From Lingula anatina (taxonomy: Eukaryota; Animalia; Brachiopoda), in the NCBI GenBank assembly GCA_051362555.1, contig CM120640.1, positions 63,404,788-63,468,787 of the forward strand: a stretch of DNA of 64,000 bases. Reading direction: 5' to 3'. Shown in pieces: positions 1-14,200 of this stretch. Made by a program: the position numbers and the translations under genes. Every line of letters begins with the position of its first letter. Position 1 is the first letter of the stretch. A model generated the notes under the pieces. The model was not told the DNA's origin. It saw only the letters and a program-made list of their open reading frames with translations, and did no database searches.

Positions 1-3000
1 TCCTGTGGCATCAAATTTATCTGGATCTGGCAATGGTTCTGGAGATCCAAGCTCTGCTGGTGCTTCTTGGACCTGGCCTTCAGGCCAAGCTTCCAAGGGT
101 TCTGTCTTTGCTTGTGTTTCTGATGACTTTGTGATGTCTTCAAATGGCACCTCTTCTACTTCATCATGAACTTCTTGTTTATCCTCTGATGAGGATATAT
201 CAATTGGGGCCGGTGCACTGATACCAGAGGTATCAATCAGTAAACCCTCTTCAGCACTGGTTCCCTGCAATGCTGCCACATGTTCTTCAGAATCATGGGC
301 TACTCCATGTTCGCCAGCAAGAGGAACAGGACTTTCTTCACGAGGTGTTGTTCCTCCAGACTGTACAATGTCTTCATCTACTGCTGGACTGCCTTCCTTC
401 ATGACATCTAATTCTGGTGTTGGCTCTATAAATGGTGGGGGTGTTGGTTCTTTAGATGGTGGGGGAGTAGGTTCTTTAGATGGTGGAGGAGTGGGTTCTT
501 TAGATGGTGGAGGAGTGGGTTCTTTTGAAACTGGTGGTGTTGGTTCTTTTGACGCTGTGGCAGAATCTACAGGTGTCTCACTAGGGCTTCTCTTTCTTGG
601 TGACTTTTCAGCATCTTTCTTTTCTTTCTTGTCCTTAACCTTAGGAGACCTGACATCTCTTGGTTTCCTTTCCATCTTCTTTTCTGTTTTTTCCACAACA
701 GTTTTCTGAATGGGCTTAGCTGACACAGGTCTTGAACTCAGCTTTCCTGCAGATGAAACTTTCCTGCTGGAAGGTTTACTACTGACATTCAAGCTGTTGG
801 CTGTGCATTGGGCATGCTTCAGGACATCTAGATGCTTGAGTCTTTCTAGTCCTTCAAATACTTTGTATTGTGGGGCACTACCAGGGAATAAGATTCTATT
901 GATACTTTCATTGGCATTGGCTGGACGCCATACAAGAAGAGCACAGATTGACAACATGTTGGGCAGAGGAATGTGGTATGATTTGTCATTCACTTTCACT
1001 GCTGATTTGGCTGAACTGAAGTGATTGGTTTGTTTGTTCCACTGATGCAAGAAATCTTTCAACTCTTTACTATCTTGAACTGGGTTCAGGACATACATGT
1101 CAAGTGTGCCATGTCCCACTTTGTGGTACAGATTGATTGGTGTGATATTTGGATCTGATAAATTACGCATACATGGAGAGGGTGGATGGCCCAACTGCTT
1201 CAAACTTTCAACCAGCCTAATGCCTTCTTCAGCTAAGTTGACTAGCAAACTGGCATCTTTATGGGAATCGGCCTCGGGCAGGGTATCACCATTAGGAGAG
1301 TGCTTGCTCTTTTCTACTGCATTAAAGTACACAAAGCCAATTTCTGGGTGGACATTCTGAGCTACCTTTCTCTGGATGACATTGCTGACTCCAAACAGAT
1401 TATCAGCCCCAAGATGGGTAAGGAGCATAGCATCTATACGATCCAAATGGCGCGTGAAGTCCCAGAAGCATGCTTTCCTGCTATATCCACCATTTATAAG
1501 CAAATTGAAGCCACTAACACCAAATAAAGCAGAGTCACCCTGGCATCCAGGAAATATATACAGAGTAGGCTTACTAAAGCGAATGTTGCCAACCACCTCA
1601 GTTGACTGCAACAAATCTTGTGGCAGCTTAACCTTGACAAAATAGGAGACATAGGCAGTGAACTGCAGAATACCAGTTATCTCAGTCAGTTTTCCTTCTG
1701 GATTAACTGCAATTTGAAGCAACTTAGAGAAGTCCTGCTTGGCAATATGTTCATTGCTCCAATCTCCTTCGTCAAAAGTGTGGATACTAAGGGTTCCACC
1801 ACTCTGCTTCTTCAGCCCATTTTCTACATCTGCCTCACGAAAGCAGTGAGCAAAATTATTGTAGGAAAAAACATCATCTTGAAGTATCCATCCTCCAGAA
1901 CCTTGAAAGGCATGACCAGCATAGATGAGATGCTTGTGAAGAGTGTTGATAAGAAGAAACTTCTTCAAAGCATTTCTGACTGTCTGGACTTGTGGATTGA
2001 CCAGTACTTGGGCATAGAGTGTCTCAGACTGATGTTCAACAATGTGTTCACCTGAAATGAACAAATAAAGGGTAAAATGAAACATGCTTAATTGAAAGTA
2101 AATATGTAACAAAAATTCAGAATAATAAACAAAACTTAAATTGTAGCTAGTCTGTTAAACTGACCATGAATATAAATATATGTTTATAAATTGATACTTT
2201 TTTTCTCAACTATTTATACACTTAAGTATCAGTGCTTCCTCAAATAGATCCTTGTATATGTCTCAATATTGCCGTATAGATAAAATGCAATGTTTCAAAA
2301 TATGTTGGTTCATTAACTTTTTTTGCATCTCATCTATGTTACTGTGGCTTATTTTCAAGTAACTTAAGCAAACATTTTAAAAAGATTTTTTGGAAGATGA
2401 AGTATGTGTAAATAAAGACCGTAAGTTATATATTTAGCCAACAAAAAGTCATGACCTACATATTACAAACCCTGACAAAGCTTATCATATATGCACATAT
2501 CAACTTGTAATTGTGGGTAAGTTGAGTGGGGGCCCTTTTCCATCAGACAAAAAAACAACAATCTTTTTTTCCCTTTTTTCCCTCCTTACTGTGTGAATCA
2601 CACAAAAGTGATTGATAATTCTTGATTAAGCTAGATGTCAAAATTAATTGAATTTCTAGCTTTACAAAACTTCCCTGTGCATACCATTTGGCATTTAACA
2701 AAAGAGTAGAATTTGTTAATCAGAATTCTGATCCAAAATCATTTTCTTCTAAACTTCCTCACATAAGATGCCAGCTCCCCAAGTCCCATGGTGATCAAAC
2801 TATCAATTATTGTGTAATGTGTCCATAGGATTTGTTTATATTTCAGTGCTCTTGATAGGTTAAGTTGTCAAGCTCAGTGCAAAATATTGATTTTTCCTAT
2901 CTCAGATTAAATTTGTCTGCAGTTGAAAAAAAAAAGATAAAGATTTTTGAAAGTTAAAACCTAACAGGCACAGCTATCCTATGTATGAACACTAGGAGAA

Positions 3001-3332
3001 TTATTGAGGTAATCAGTTCTATTTACTAATAAAAATGTTAAACTACTGCAGAAAGAAATAGGAGTATTTTTTAAATATGCATTACAAACAAATCCTTTGT
3101 TCTGACTGGTTTAGCTCTTATTTACCATACTACTAATAAACTGTACTAATTTTCCATATTCTAAGTAACTTTTAGTGAGTGACCTGTTGGCCCATAGCAA
3201 AAGTATTCTCCTATTCAAAATGGCCTTTTCAGTTTTCAGTTATAAAGGTGCAGTCTCATGTAATTGTTATAACACATCAAGACCATATGGAATATAAAAG
3301 AATAATAAGGTTACTAAAAACATTGCCTCAGA

Positions 3333-3377
<45 letters not shown>

Positions 3378-6300
3378 CATGGATTAAAAATGATCTGTGC
3401 TAAGTGTTTTACAGTGTATAAATGTCAAGTTAAGACAAATGTGATGGAAGGTCCTAATGGGATCTTTATATAAAGCTATTCCACCTTGGGTGTTGGAGAG
3501 TGGAAAAAACAACCGGTTTTTTAAACCTTTCTTAGGAGCATTTTGTTTAATCATTGCAATCCAATCACCTCTTTTCCAAGATGAACTCTTCAATAGAACA
3601 GAAATTGAACTATCTTTTAAACAAAAATAGTTGATTACATCTACCAAACTGGGAAGCAAAGAAACAGGATCTAATTACTAATTTTAACAAAATTTGAGAA
3701 TTTCCGTATACCAATTTGAACTGAATTTCAAAATTTGCAACTACAACCATTCCCCATTTACTGTCCAAAAGAATATATAATCTTAGAGCATCTTCCAGTG
3801 TTGATTTTTTTCCCCTGGGCAAATGCAGTTTTTGAATCACAATGAGAAAATACTTCATCCAAAACAGCAGGATCTATAAATCAATTAAGAGTGGTGTGTT
3901 ACAGCCACAGGAAACACCTGAGACTAATTCTATTATGGTCTGCCAAATAATATAATAAAAGGAGAAGAAATTCCACAGAGACAGGTAAAATTAGGAATAA
4001 AACCACACGCAGTCCAAGTATTTTTACCTCTACCAAGGTTTTTTTTTTTCTGTTTGCAGCATTATGCAAAGTGTCATGGACAAGTTTTAATGAATTGTAC
4101 ATTTAACTTGTTTTTCAACTAAAATTAACTGAACTGAAAACCATCACTAATATGTCAGAAAGCTGCTTTATCAACAATTAAAAACAAAAGGTCATCATAA
4201 CATTCTACGTAAACTGTGTTCTGTGGACATTTAAAAAATTGAAAAGTAATCAAAACCATGACTTACATACTTAATGTGTGGATTTTAAGTAATTTCTATG
4301 TATTCTGTATATCAAGTACATTATTCTGATTTAATATATATATATTTTCACTTGAAAGTTACCATTCAAAATCAAAAATCCAAAACATCATTGAACAAAA
4401 GTCATTAGAAGTATGTGGTATGTGCAACACAAAATTTCATAAATGGTTTATAAATGCTAATTCAAATGGTTTTCTTATTAGAAAGTATTCTAACTTTAAT
4501 CAAAACTTATCAATTTATCATAGAATATTTCCCTACTAAATTCTTTTTCCCTTTGCTTGCATGATTTCTTTTTCTAAAATTATATTTTGGCGTATCAAGG
4601 GGTCCATAAAATCACTTGCTAAAGAAAGGGGAAAAAACTTAAAATTCCAACAAACATGCAATTAAATAAGTTGTTTAATATGACAAACAAATAACACATA
4701 TCCTGAAAAATGAACAGAACTATATATTTTAGTGGCTATGTGAGATACATGGTAAGTGCATATGTAATGGTACACACGTTCCCTTTGTTTGAATTCACTT
4801 TAAACTGTGCCTTGAACACAAGCTTATCAGCCAGTAGCAGATGGACACGTTGCATATTGATGCAGACAGACAAATCTTGTTCCTCAACAAGTAATTACCA
4901 GATCCAACATAAAAAAGGAAACTAGCTGCTGTGCTGAGGTCCGACTCACAGGTGCAATCCACATCAATCAAATAATTATCAGAAAAACTCTGGCAATTTC
5001 AGGAAAACAAAATCATTTTACACAATTAATATTACTACTTATTTCTTTTTTATCAGATCAATTTAAAGCACTCGAAATGTTTTGGATAAGCTACTGCACT
5101 TTATATATAGTAAAAAAATTAATCATGGAATTTTTGTGTGGGCAGTAAAATATGAAATTGACATACATGTATTGTTTATTTGTATAATCTGTAAAATTAA
5201 AAAATAGTCTATCATTCTTACAATGTTTTAATAAGAATTTGATAAACTAATCTATGGTCATTGTAGGAGAAACATTACTCATAAGCATCAGACCTGGAGA
5301 TTAGAATAAGAATCAGCTGTAGTCTTTTAAATTCCAGCACAAAAACACTGTCTGGCTGATTATTTTTCGTAACATGGAACAGTTGTTGCAATGTTGAAAA
5401 AGTCGGCATTTGCATCAGGAGTGTAAGAAATGACACTTATGACATGCCACTTCTGAGTATCAGCTTCAACCTTGTTACACATAGAAAATATGACCAATTA
5501 TCCAAGCAATCAAAGGTTAACTACTTGTGAAGAACAAATGAACATATGCAATGATGAAAGTTACAAGAGCAACATGTCACCATTTTTATGTATCTCTCCT
5601 TAAGTTTTTAAAAAGCAGGTAGAAAATGACTCTTGCTAAGATGTTAAGAAGTCTACATCACCAGTAAAATAGGGAAAAAAATTACAATAGGCAGGAAATG
5701 CACTTTTAATGTGTTAGCCTGAAGGATGGGCATAAATCCAGAACAAGCTTTGTAACTGTAATACAACTCCATAATACTTATAAGATTAATGCAAAATTCA
5801 TATCATGATGCATGATCTCATATTGACATGCCTACTGTTATCAGTGATGAACATACATTAGAAAGTGATAATTCTTATTAATTAAGGCTAACAAATGAAA
5901 TATGTTTGCTTCCCTTAGCCAATTAAATTCATCCATCATTTATTTATTCATTGAATGATCATTTTTGACAAACAAGAAAACTTTGTTTTCAAGTGGCATT
6001 CAATTTAGGAGAGAGGTTTAACTTACTAGTAACTACAAAGCTATTTTTCAAAGGCACATTTAAGATGCTAAGAAACACAGATTATGATGACCTAAAGTGG
6101 CTAACAAGCTGTTAAAAATGAACAAAAAATCAATACTGTCTGTTGAAGAAGACTTTTAATCCCCCTGCATATCTCACACATTCAATAAAATAGAACAGAA
6201 AGTCCCCTCTCTCACCATTCAATCCATCTTTCCCCACTGGTGCCTCTGTAGCAATGGCTCTTAGTGCTTCATTGATATCACAACCACTGGCCTCAATATC

Positions 6301-9300
6301 CCAAGACTTGAATCCTGGAAACAGTCAAAATATAAAATCATATATAAGTCTTATAAAATATCTTTAACATTTAGCTACAGAACATCCATTTAAGTTCTCC
6401 TTGTTTTTAATATGTTATTCATCTGATGGAACCAATGGAATTGGAGAAACATGCAAACATGCTAATTCACATACCAGATTGTTTTCTACTCTGAGTCACT
6501 ATACTTGAGTGTAGCATTCGAGAAAAGTGTTCATGTGTTAGTCTCTCTTACAGTATGGTCTGACAATCTCTTTAAAGATTGTCACAGTTTTTATAGTTTA
6601 TATCATCTAAGGCTATGTTGATATGCAGATTAAAAAAACTGAAATGTAATGAAGTTTGTGCTTTTTTCTACATATAGTTAGAAAAAGCAATCTTCCTGAA
6701 ACTAACAGCATGTTCAATTCATGAGTCACTCACACAACAAAGGCATGTAAAAATGCAATCCCTTTGACCAATTCATCCACCTTTTTTCTTGACAACTGGC
6801 TTAGAATTGATCAAATTCTTTAATAAAAGACTTAGCTGTCATCCTGCTCTGGCAAGCTGAAAATCTACTTTTGTACAGACTTTGAGGTTACAAGTTTCAA
6901 TCTAATAAACTCCCTGTTCACTGACAGCTTTTGTGCATTGGCTCTTTAAGGACACCCTCAACACAGCCTTAGCAGACACCTGAAGTTCCAGACATATTCA
7001 CCTTCCAAACCAGACAGTGAATTTATCAAAGACTGTCATCAGACAAGTAGATGGACCTTTCCAGGAACATTTTCTTGTCCTACCATACCGTTTATTTTAA
7101 ATACATATTTCATTTGCAAAGTCAAATGCCTATTAGCTAATCCCAATTTCCATGGCACTAAACCCTGTCAGCACGATCCATCATTGTCTTGCAGTGAAAT
7201 TACTTGGATAAAAAGCTTGCCTTCTAAACCCTTCAAAAAAGTTTGGTTTCCTGAAGGTTTCAAAAATCCAGGTAAAAATAATGCAAAAAACAAAACCAAA
7301 TTCTAATTCAGTTACCTCATAAGTGATAAGAGGTTTCTGCTCCAAAGTGTACTGCCGTTTTACTGAAAATGGGGCTTAGAAACCTGTGCAGGCTGATAAT
7401 CATCATGTTCTTTGCTTTGTTTCTGAATTTCATTGTGGGAATTGAACCCATTTTATCTTATAAATTTTCAAAATTTGCCTCAATTACTGTGATTAATTTG
7501 GCAACATCAGCACTTTCAAACCAACCTTTTGCCGTTTGACAACATATCCAAGTATTTTGGCTTTGCATATAAAGACGTATATAGCCTAATATTTGGTTCT
7601 CTTCACCCAAAAATAATTTTTGGTTAGATTCCAATGGCAAGTCAGGTGCAAATATGAAAGTGACTGCAGCAAAGATTTATGCCCACACTCTCTACAAATC
7701 TCTCTCTTTCTTTTTTGGCAGGCGTGACCGAATTCAGATGAACTACAGGTAACCTTTCAGCCAGAGGAAGATCACTGTAAAAGACCACCTGGGCCCATCA
7801 TATCACATCAATCAATTAGTCACATGCTTAAAATAATCAAATTTATTTGTAAAAGCAAGAGACAAAAATTTCAATCATTAGATGACTTCAATAAGCCAAG
7901 TACATCAACATTTGAGATCAAACACAGAGACTTGCGTCGGTAATGAAGAAAGAAGTTTTTGAAATTTTTCTATAAAATGCAATTTGATATATATGAAAGT
8001 GTTTGGCATTTTTTCACCCATTTATATGTATATATCTGTATATAGTAAAGTAAATTATAAAAATAATAAAAATCTGATTTAATGGACTAATATGATATGA
8101 GCATTCCCGTTAAAATGTTATTTAGGCCACACTTTTTTATTTTTCTGGATGACATCCTGTGCGCGCACCGATGTTTGCCCGTTCTCCGAAAAAAAAAAAA
8201 AAAATCCCCCCCCCCAGCCCCCAAAGAAGTCGGTTGTCGCAAACATCGTTATTGAATTTGCCAGGAAATGAGCTTTCTGCGCATGCGTATTATCGCCACG
8301 TGGAAATGTGGCCGCTTTGCCGTCAAATTCATCTCTAGGATTACTTTCAAGTCATAAAGAGAATGGGTGCCGTCGTTTTGGATTGGTATGCCATTGATAT
8401 TGGGCATTGAGATATCACCTTTTTACAATTGTGCGAAAGGCTGGCGGCTGCCAGCGATTATCGCCCGAAAAATGTCAGTGACATTCAGTACAAAGCAGCA
8501 CATAGGCTACCAGGTTTTCTGTAGCGAAAAAAGGGTTGACAAGGGCGTCGAGGTATTTGGTGGGCTGAAGGTCGGACAGGCCACCTGACAGTTCGGCCGT
8601 GTGAGTCGAATTAGACAAAATGGCATCGTCCGAAATGACCTTTAATAGATTTGGTAGTATTAAGCATATCTTTGCATCATTTTTTTAAACATTTCTCTGA
8701 AGTGTTCAAAATGCTTATTCTGAGAATACAAATAAAGAAACACTGTTTGTTTGACATTTGTTTTATTGATTGCTATACCAACAAAATGCATGAAATAACC
8801 TTAATAGATTTTGTAATAAGAAGTATATCTATTCATGACTTTTTTTTTACATTTCTATGAAGTATTCACAATGCTTTAATATTTTGAGAGCATGGATAAA
8901 GACATATTGTTAGTTTGTTACGTGTTTCTGTGGTAAAATTTGTGTTTCCAGCTGTGTACTGACAGCATTCCTTTACTTAAGCAGTATTTTTTTTTTTGGA
9001 CTGTTTTTTTTTTTTTTCGCCCTCTCGCACCGTTTTTGGGGTACCCAGATTATGTCATCCATAAAAATAAAAAAGTGTGGCCTTACCTGAATAAAATAAT
9101 TAAGACATTTTTTTATTAATCTGCACAAAAGAATTTAGAAACTGTAATTAGTTTAGTCAAAATATACATGATTCACAAACTCATGCTTTAGCAACATGAA
9201 TCAACCTCCCCTACACACACACACGCCTTCATCTCTCCTCAATCACGACTATTTCTAGAAATTCAGCAATGCATTTAAGTGTTCCAAAAAGATACTATAG

Positions 9301-11242
9301 GCATAGACAGAAGAGACCTGCTTGGCCTGCAGCATTGTTATCCTTTTGAAACTAAAGTTATACTGCAACACTTTTCTTGCTAAGTTATTGTATCCATTAC
9401 TTAACCCTTTCAGAAAACCATTTTCAAAGCTATGGTTTGTGGAAATCCACCTGAGCCAGGCTGCCAAATGACTCAAGGTAGTAGCATGCAGCAATCAAAA
9501 TGTGTTTGTCTGGGATATAAATATACACATCACATTGCTCATGGGATGCATAAACATGGCATGTGTGAAGTTTTGACAAAAATGATAATAAATTAATTAA
9601 TGATATAGGCTTATTAATATTTGTCATATTTGTGTGTTGGGGGGGGGGGGGGGGGGGGGCTCATAGGAACAAGCATCAATTTTGAATCCTGGAGCCTTCA
9701 TTGTTGTCATTTAAATCCCCTTGGTTCCTTAGAATACAACATGTAACATATAGACTAGCTGTAGTTATGACTACAATTTGAAATGACAACTTGGTTAATA
9801 TGAAAACAAGAACCCGACCATGTTTTTAAGCACCATTAAAATGATATCAAAAAGCTCTGTGCATCATGGATTTATCATTTCATCAAACTAGAACAAACTT
9901 GAAAGTCAAATGAAAATGAACTTGGTTTCAAATACCATTTATCTTTTAGAAAGCCAGTTTGATGCATTACATGTAGCTGCAAGATAATTTATTTTCTAGG
10001 GTTATATGAAATACCAACCAACGTTTTTTTTTTTTTTTTTTGGTTCTACTGGTACATAAGAGTAGTGTACTTACAGCCTTTATGCCTATGACTCATCCCT
10101 ACCCCTATGAGAACATAAAAGAGTGGCAAAATAGAGTCTGCAAACATTGTAGCAGCTGCATGCAAAATTACACAGAAGACCTCAGTAGAACTCAATTCTT
10201 TATTTTTTTATCTTACAACTTGTATTATATCTGTATTGGTGCAAGCATTGCAAATGACAAGTTGAACAACACTAGTGAGGTACAACTGTGCAACTTGAAC
10301 AATTTCTATCATTCTGACTTTCTGTGTTAACTTAAATATGTCTTATGTGTCACAGACTTTGTGAGTAATATCTTTTTACATCTAAATACATGTTAACAAG
10401 GTCAGATTTTGTTTTTATCTAGATTATAAGTGAATGCTTGTCTAGCAATGTAAACAAGAGTTCAGTTTATTTGGGCTGAGCCATTAGTTAACATTACCTT
10501 TACCCCTGGAACAAAGACTGTGTTTGCATCCCCTTTGGCAATCAAACCTTTTCACAAAGATGAAGAACAAATACATGTAACATGTAATAGTAAATCATGT
10601 TTTCATGGTTGAATTATTGGTAAGGGTAAGATTAGGTTGTAAAGCACACAATACACAGTGTGTACTTGGGAATTCAAAGGAGACACCCTCAATTAATGTA
10701 CCCTGTAAAATTAGCTTAGCGTCCTAACCATCTTGAGAGTGATCCACAGCTAAGTCTGACATCCATCAGGCCTCATAAACGATTAATGCCGTTTCCGAGC
10801 ATGAGCCTCAGATTCCCTAGTGCAAACACCAATATTAACGAGCCTCACCTCAGATTAACAAGCACAACATAAAATTACGAGCACAAACTTAGCGTTTCCA
10901 AGCACTATCAATTTGTCCAGCTTCCATCGGGGCCCCGGCTGCTTACATACGGGTTCTTTTTATCAACTCAATACTATTTTCCAGATGGCGGAAGATACGT
11001 GAGACATAACGGTGGAACTTTCAGAGATTTCTGGGCGCAAACGAGTAATATTATCTCCCCTTTCTGTTTCTTTGAAGAAAGTGAAAGGATTTTTAACGTC
11101 CACGCCACGGCCAAATAAAGTGGCTAGATCATTACTAACAGATTTTGAAGAGAATTATTGTGACCATTTATCGACTATTTTCACCAACTCAGAAACATCT
11201 GTTTCCATGTATCAATATTTTAACTTGAGCAAAATAAACGTA

Positions 11243-11288
<46 letters not shown>

Positions 11289-14200
11289 TCAAAACAAACC
11301 AAACTACTGCATTAGTTTGAACGGGTAGATAAGCAGATCAACGGCTAGTGCTTGGAAACGATGAGTAAGTGCTCGTTAACTTAATGTTGTGCTTGTTAAT
11401 CTGAGGTGGGGCTCGTTTATATTGGTGTTTGCGCTCGGGAATCTGAGGCTCGTGCTAGGAAACACCTAATCCGTTTATGAGGCCTAATCCGTTTATGATG
11501 TCCATGTTTCAGTTCCATAAAAGTTATTTTGCTCTATATCATGTATAATCTAAGTTCAAGGATCTGCATGTTCTATAACTGTTCTATTACAGTATATTAA
11601 ATTGGTTTTCTCAGGTGATCATGTGCCAAACATATATCATTATCTTAAATATGATTTTCGGGAATTACATTTTATTTTTTTCTTAATGGTAACTTATACT
11701 AGTAAGGAATAACAAAATACCTTCCAACATCCACAACTACCTCACAACAGTCTTTGTATTAACCTACCAGGTGTTTTAGCATTTCAAATAATTTAAGACT
11801 TCACTTGTTAATTTTTAAAGTCATTTAATGTTTTAAGGCTGACCTCCCCCCTCCCCCCCCCCCCAAAAAAAAAAAAAAGACTTAAACTGAAACTACCATG
11901 AAAATGTTATATATTTAAAGCAAGTGATACCAGTATCTCCATGACATTATGGACTAAAACTGTCCACTGTTATACTTTCCAACAGGCAAGCGACAAACCC
12001 TTGGTGTCACTTTGATGAACAGTTAGTGACTCAAAGAAAAAAAAAAAAGAAGCCATCTAACATAGGAAATGGTTTTCATTGATATCATTCTAAAAAAAAC
12101 TTTATTAACAACATTTTGAGAAGTTATCTGTAATCAAAAAAGCATCTCTTCACTCCAGGTAAGGTCTCAGACAAGGCAACACCCACCACATGAAGCATAA
12201 TCCCATCAAAATGCACTTGGCCATTTATTTTCTATGCAAGCTCTACAAAACATGTAGCCACCACCTGAGGATGTCATTTCAAAAGACAGTGTGGGTGAAT
12301 GGTCTTAACGTGGGGTTACTTTATACAAAAAGAACGGAAATTCTTTATATCTGACATGCTATTCCCAAGTCGGGTTTAGCTAATTCGTGTTACATCAAAT
12401 TGATTTCCTATTTCTTTCTGGAAACATCTGTGTCCAAATCCAACAGATGCTCCTCCAAAATAGACCCCCAACAGCCAAAACTTCAAGTAAGCATCAAAGG
12501 CTTCAAATATGGATTATTGGTCCATTCACAAAATAGCCAGTTCCTGGCCCATTCTGTCTCTTCAGGTTTGTAATGGTTATTATTCTTATTGAGTTTTCTA
12601 CACTGCAAAGAAAATATATCATAAATGTACGTCATTACGCAAGTTGCTGAAATGTTAAATTGTTTAATTAAACCTTTCAGGAGGAATTCCAGTAGATTTC
12701 CCAAGTTTTCCTCACTAAGCATTTTAAGAAGTATCATCATTATTCTAGACTTGTCAATGATGATGTGACAAAACACATTTATAATGATTACTATCATCTG
12801 CTATCTTCTCTTTGTACTTCCATGATGAAGGATGATTATATTATAGAACTTGTTCTTACATAAATAAAAAACCATTCTTCAAATGTGCCAGCTTTTCCAT
12901 ACATTTCTTGCTCCAATGAGTTGTACACATATGGCATATCATAATCTATAAAAAAGGAAAACGTGTACTGGTTGACTAAATTCCCCCATTTTCATTTCAT
13001 ATATTATCTTGAAGCAGATGTGAAATTACTCTCCCTCTCAACAAATATAAGTTTTGACCATGACTGCCACAGACAGCTATTACGGTAATCCACAAACAGG
13101 TTGAAGATGACCAATGTGTTAAAATCATGAGATACTTTCATGTTACATTTTTAATTTCCTGTATGTATGCCTACAAAACCTTCCAACTGATTAAAACACA
13201 AAGGAAATAACTCTTTGAACAGGACAAGCTGGCTGACAATATCAATATAAAAGCATATCTTGTTTGCTCCAGTCTTTCCAAACTTTTATTTAAAGTAGCA
13301 TTAGAATACATTTTATCTTAGTCCTTAAGAGCCTGCTAGTTTCAGTATATAGGAGTAAGGTGCATGGACTAGCATGCACTACATGTAGCTCGACTTAGAC
13401 CTTGGTTTAAAGCAATCAGATATAATGATATGAGTACATTTAATGTAATTCCCATTTTCTTTCTTCTCTTTCCAACAATGGCATCTAATTCATCTTCATT
13501 GCTTGCAACACTTTTGTCTCAGGGAGGCCATTAATAAGGGACCACCAGTCAAACTGGCAAGCTTTTTTTCAGAAGTCAAATTGTCCAAAATGTGACTTAA
13601 TTAATCTTGACATATTGCAGCAGACAGCCCCATCTTTCACAGTTGTCAGCCATAAATGCTACTACATCACTAAACTCCAGCATACATATAATACCTTCAC
13701 CAGATGTTGCAAATACAAGTAATTTATTTTGGCTAAAGAAAATAAGAGCCAGTTCGGTCTCTTTTCAATAAATTATAAATGATTTAAAATGGGTTGTTTA
13801 ACAAAATAAATAAATTTTTTTATTGAGCACTTAAATGTGTAGTTCTAAAAGCTACAACAATCCCAGATTTTCTATACTGTTGTCTATGAATAAATAACTT
13901 TTACTTAAATAAAATTAAATAACATGCTGATGTAGTAATGCAGCAGTTTATATGGCTTGGTTCTTTAGTATCTTCGATTGCTATTTCTTTTGTTTCCTCT
14001 AGATCTGATTGTGATCAACCACATCAATGACTGATTTTCATATTTTCTTCATTGATCAATGTAAAACAAATCCATATAACTGAAGTGATGTAATGCAATC
14101 AATTGCTTTCAATAACTTCTACATTATTTATACATAATTTCATTTGTCCTCAACCCCTAACATAACACAAGAAGTATGTCCTCAAATCTATAATCACACG

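Noticed and set aside
433-552. Regularly spaced 24-bp repeats as a CRISPR-like array
   Set aside because: There are no unique spacers, the repeat is in-frame coding sequence, the context is eukaryotic and no cas genes are present.
368-2055. Six plus-strand ORFs, including a GGGVGSLD-repeat protein
   Set aside because: They are antisense shadows of the large minus-strand MAP1 exon, which the ORF track missed because it runs off the window.
8122-9085. Assignment of this element to hAT via an 8-bp TSD, and ORF 8367-8588 as a transposase
   Set aside because: The flanks do not form a duplication and the ORF has no transposase motifs.
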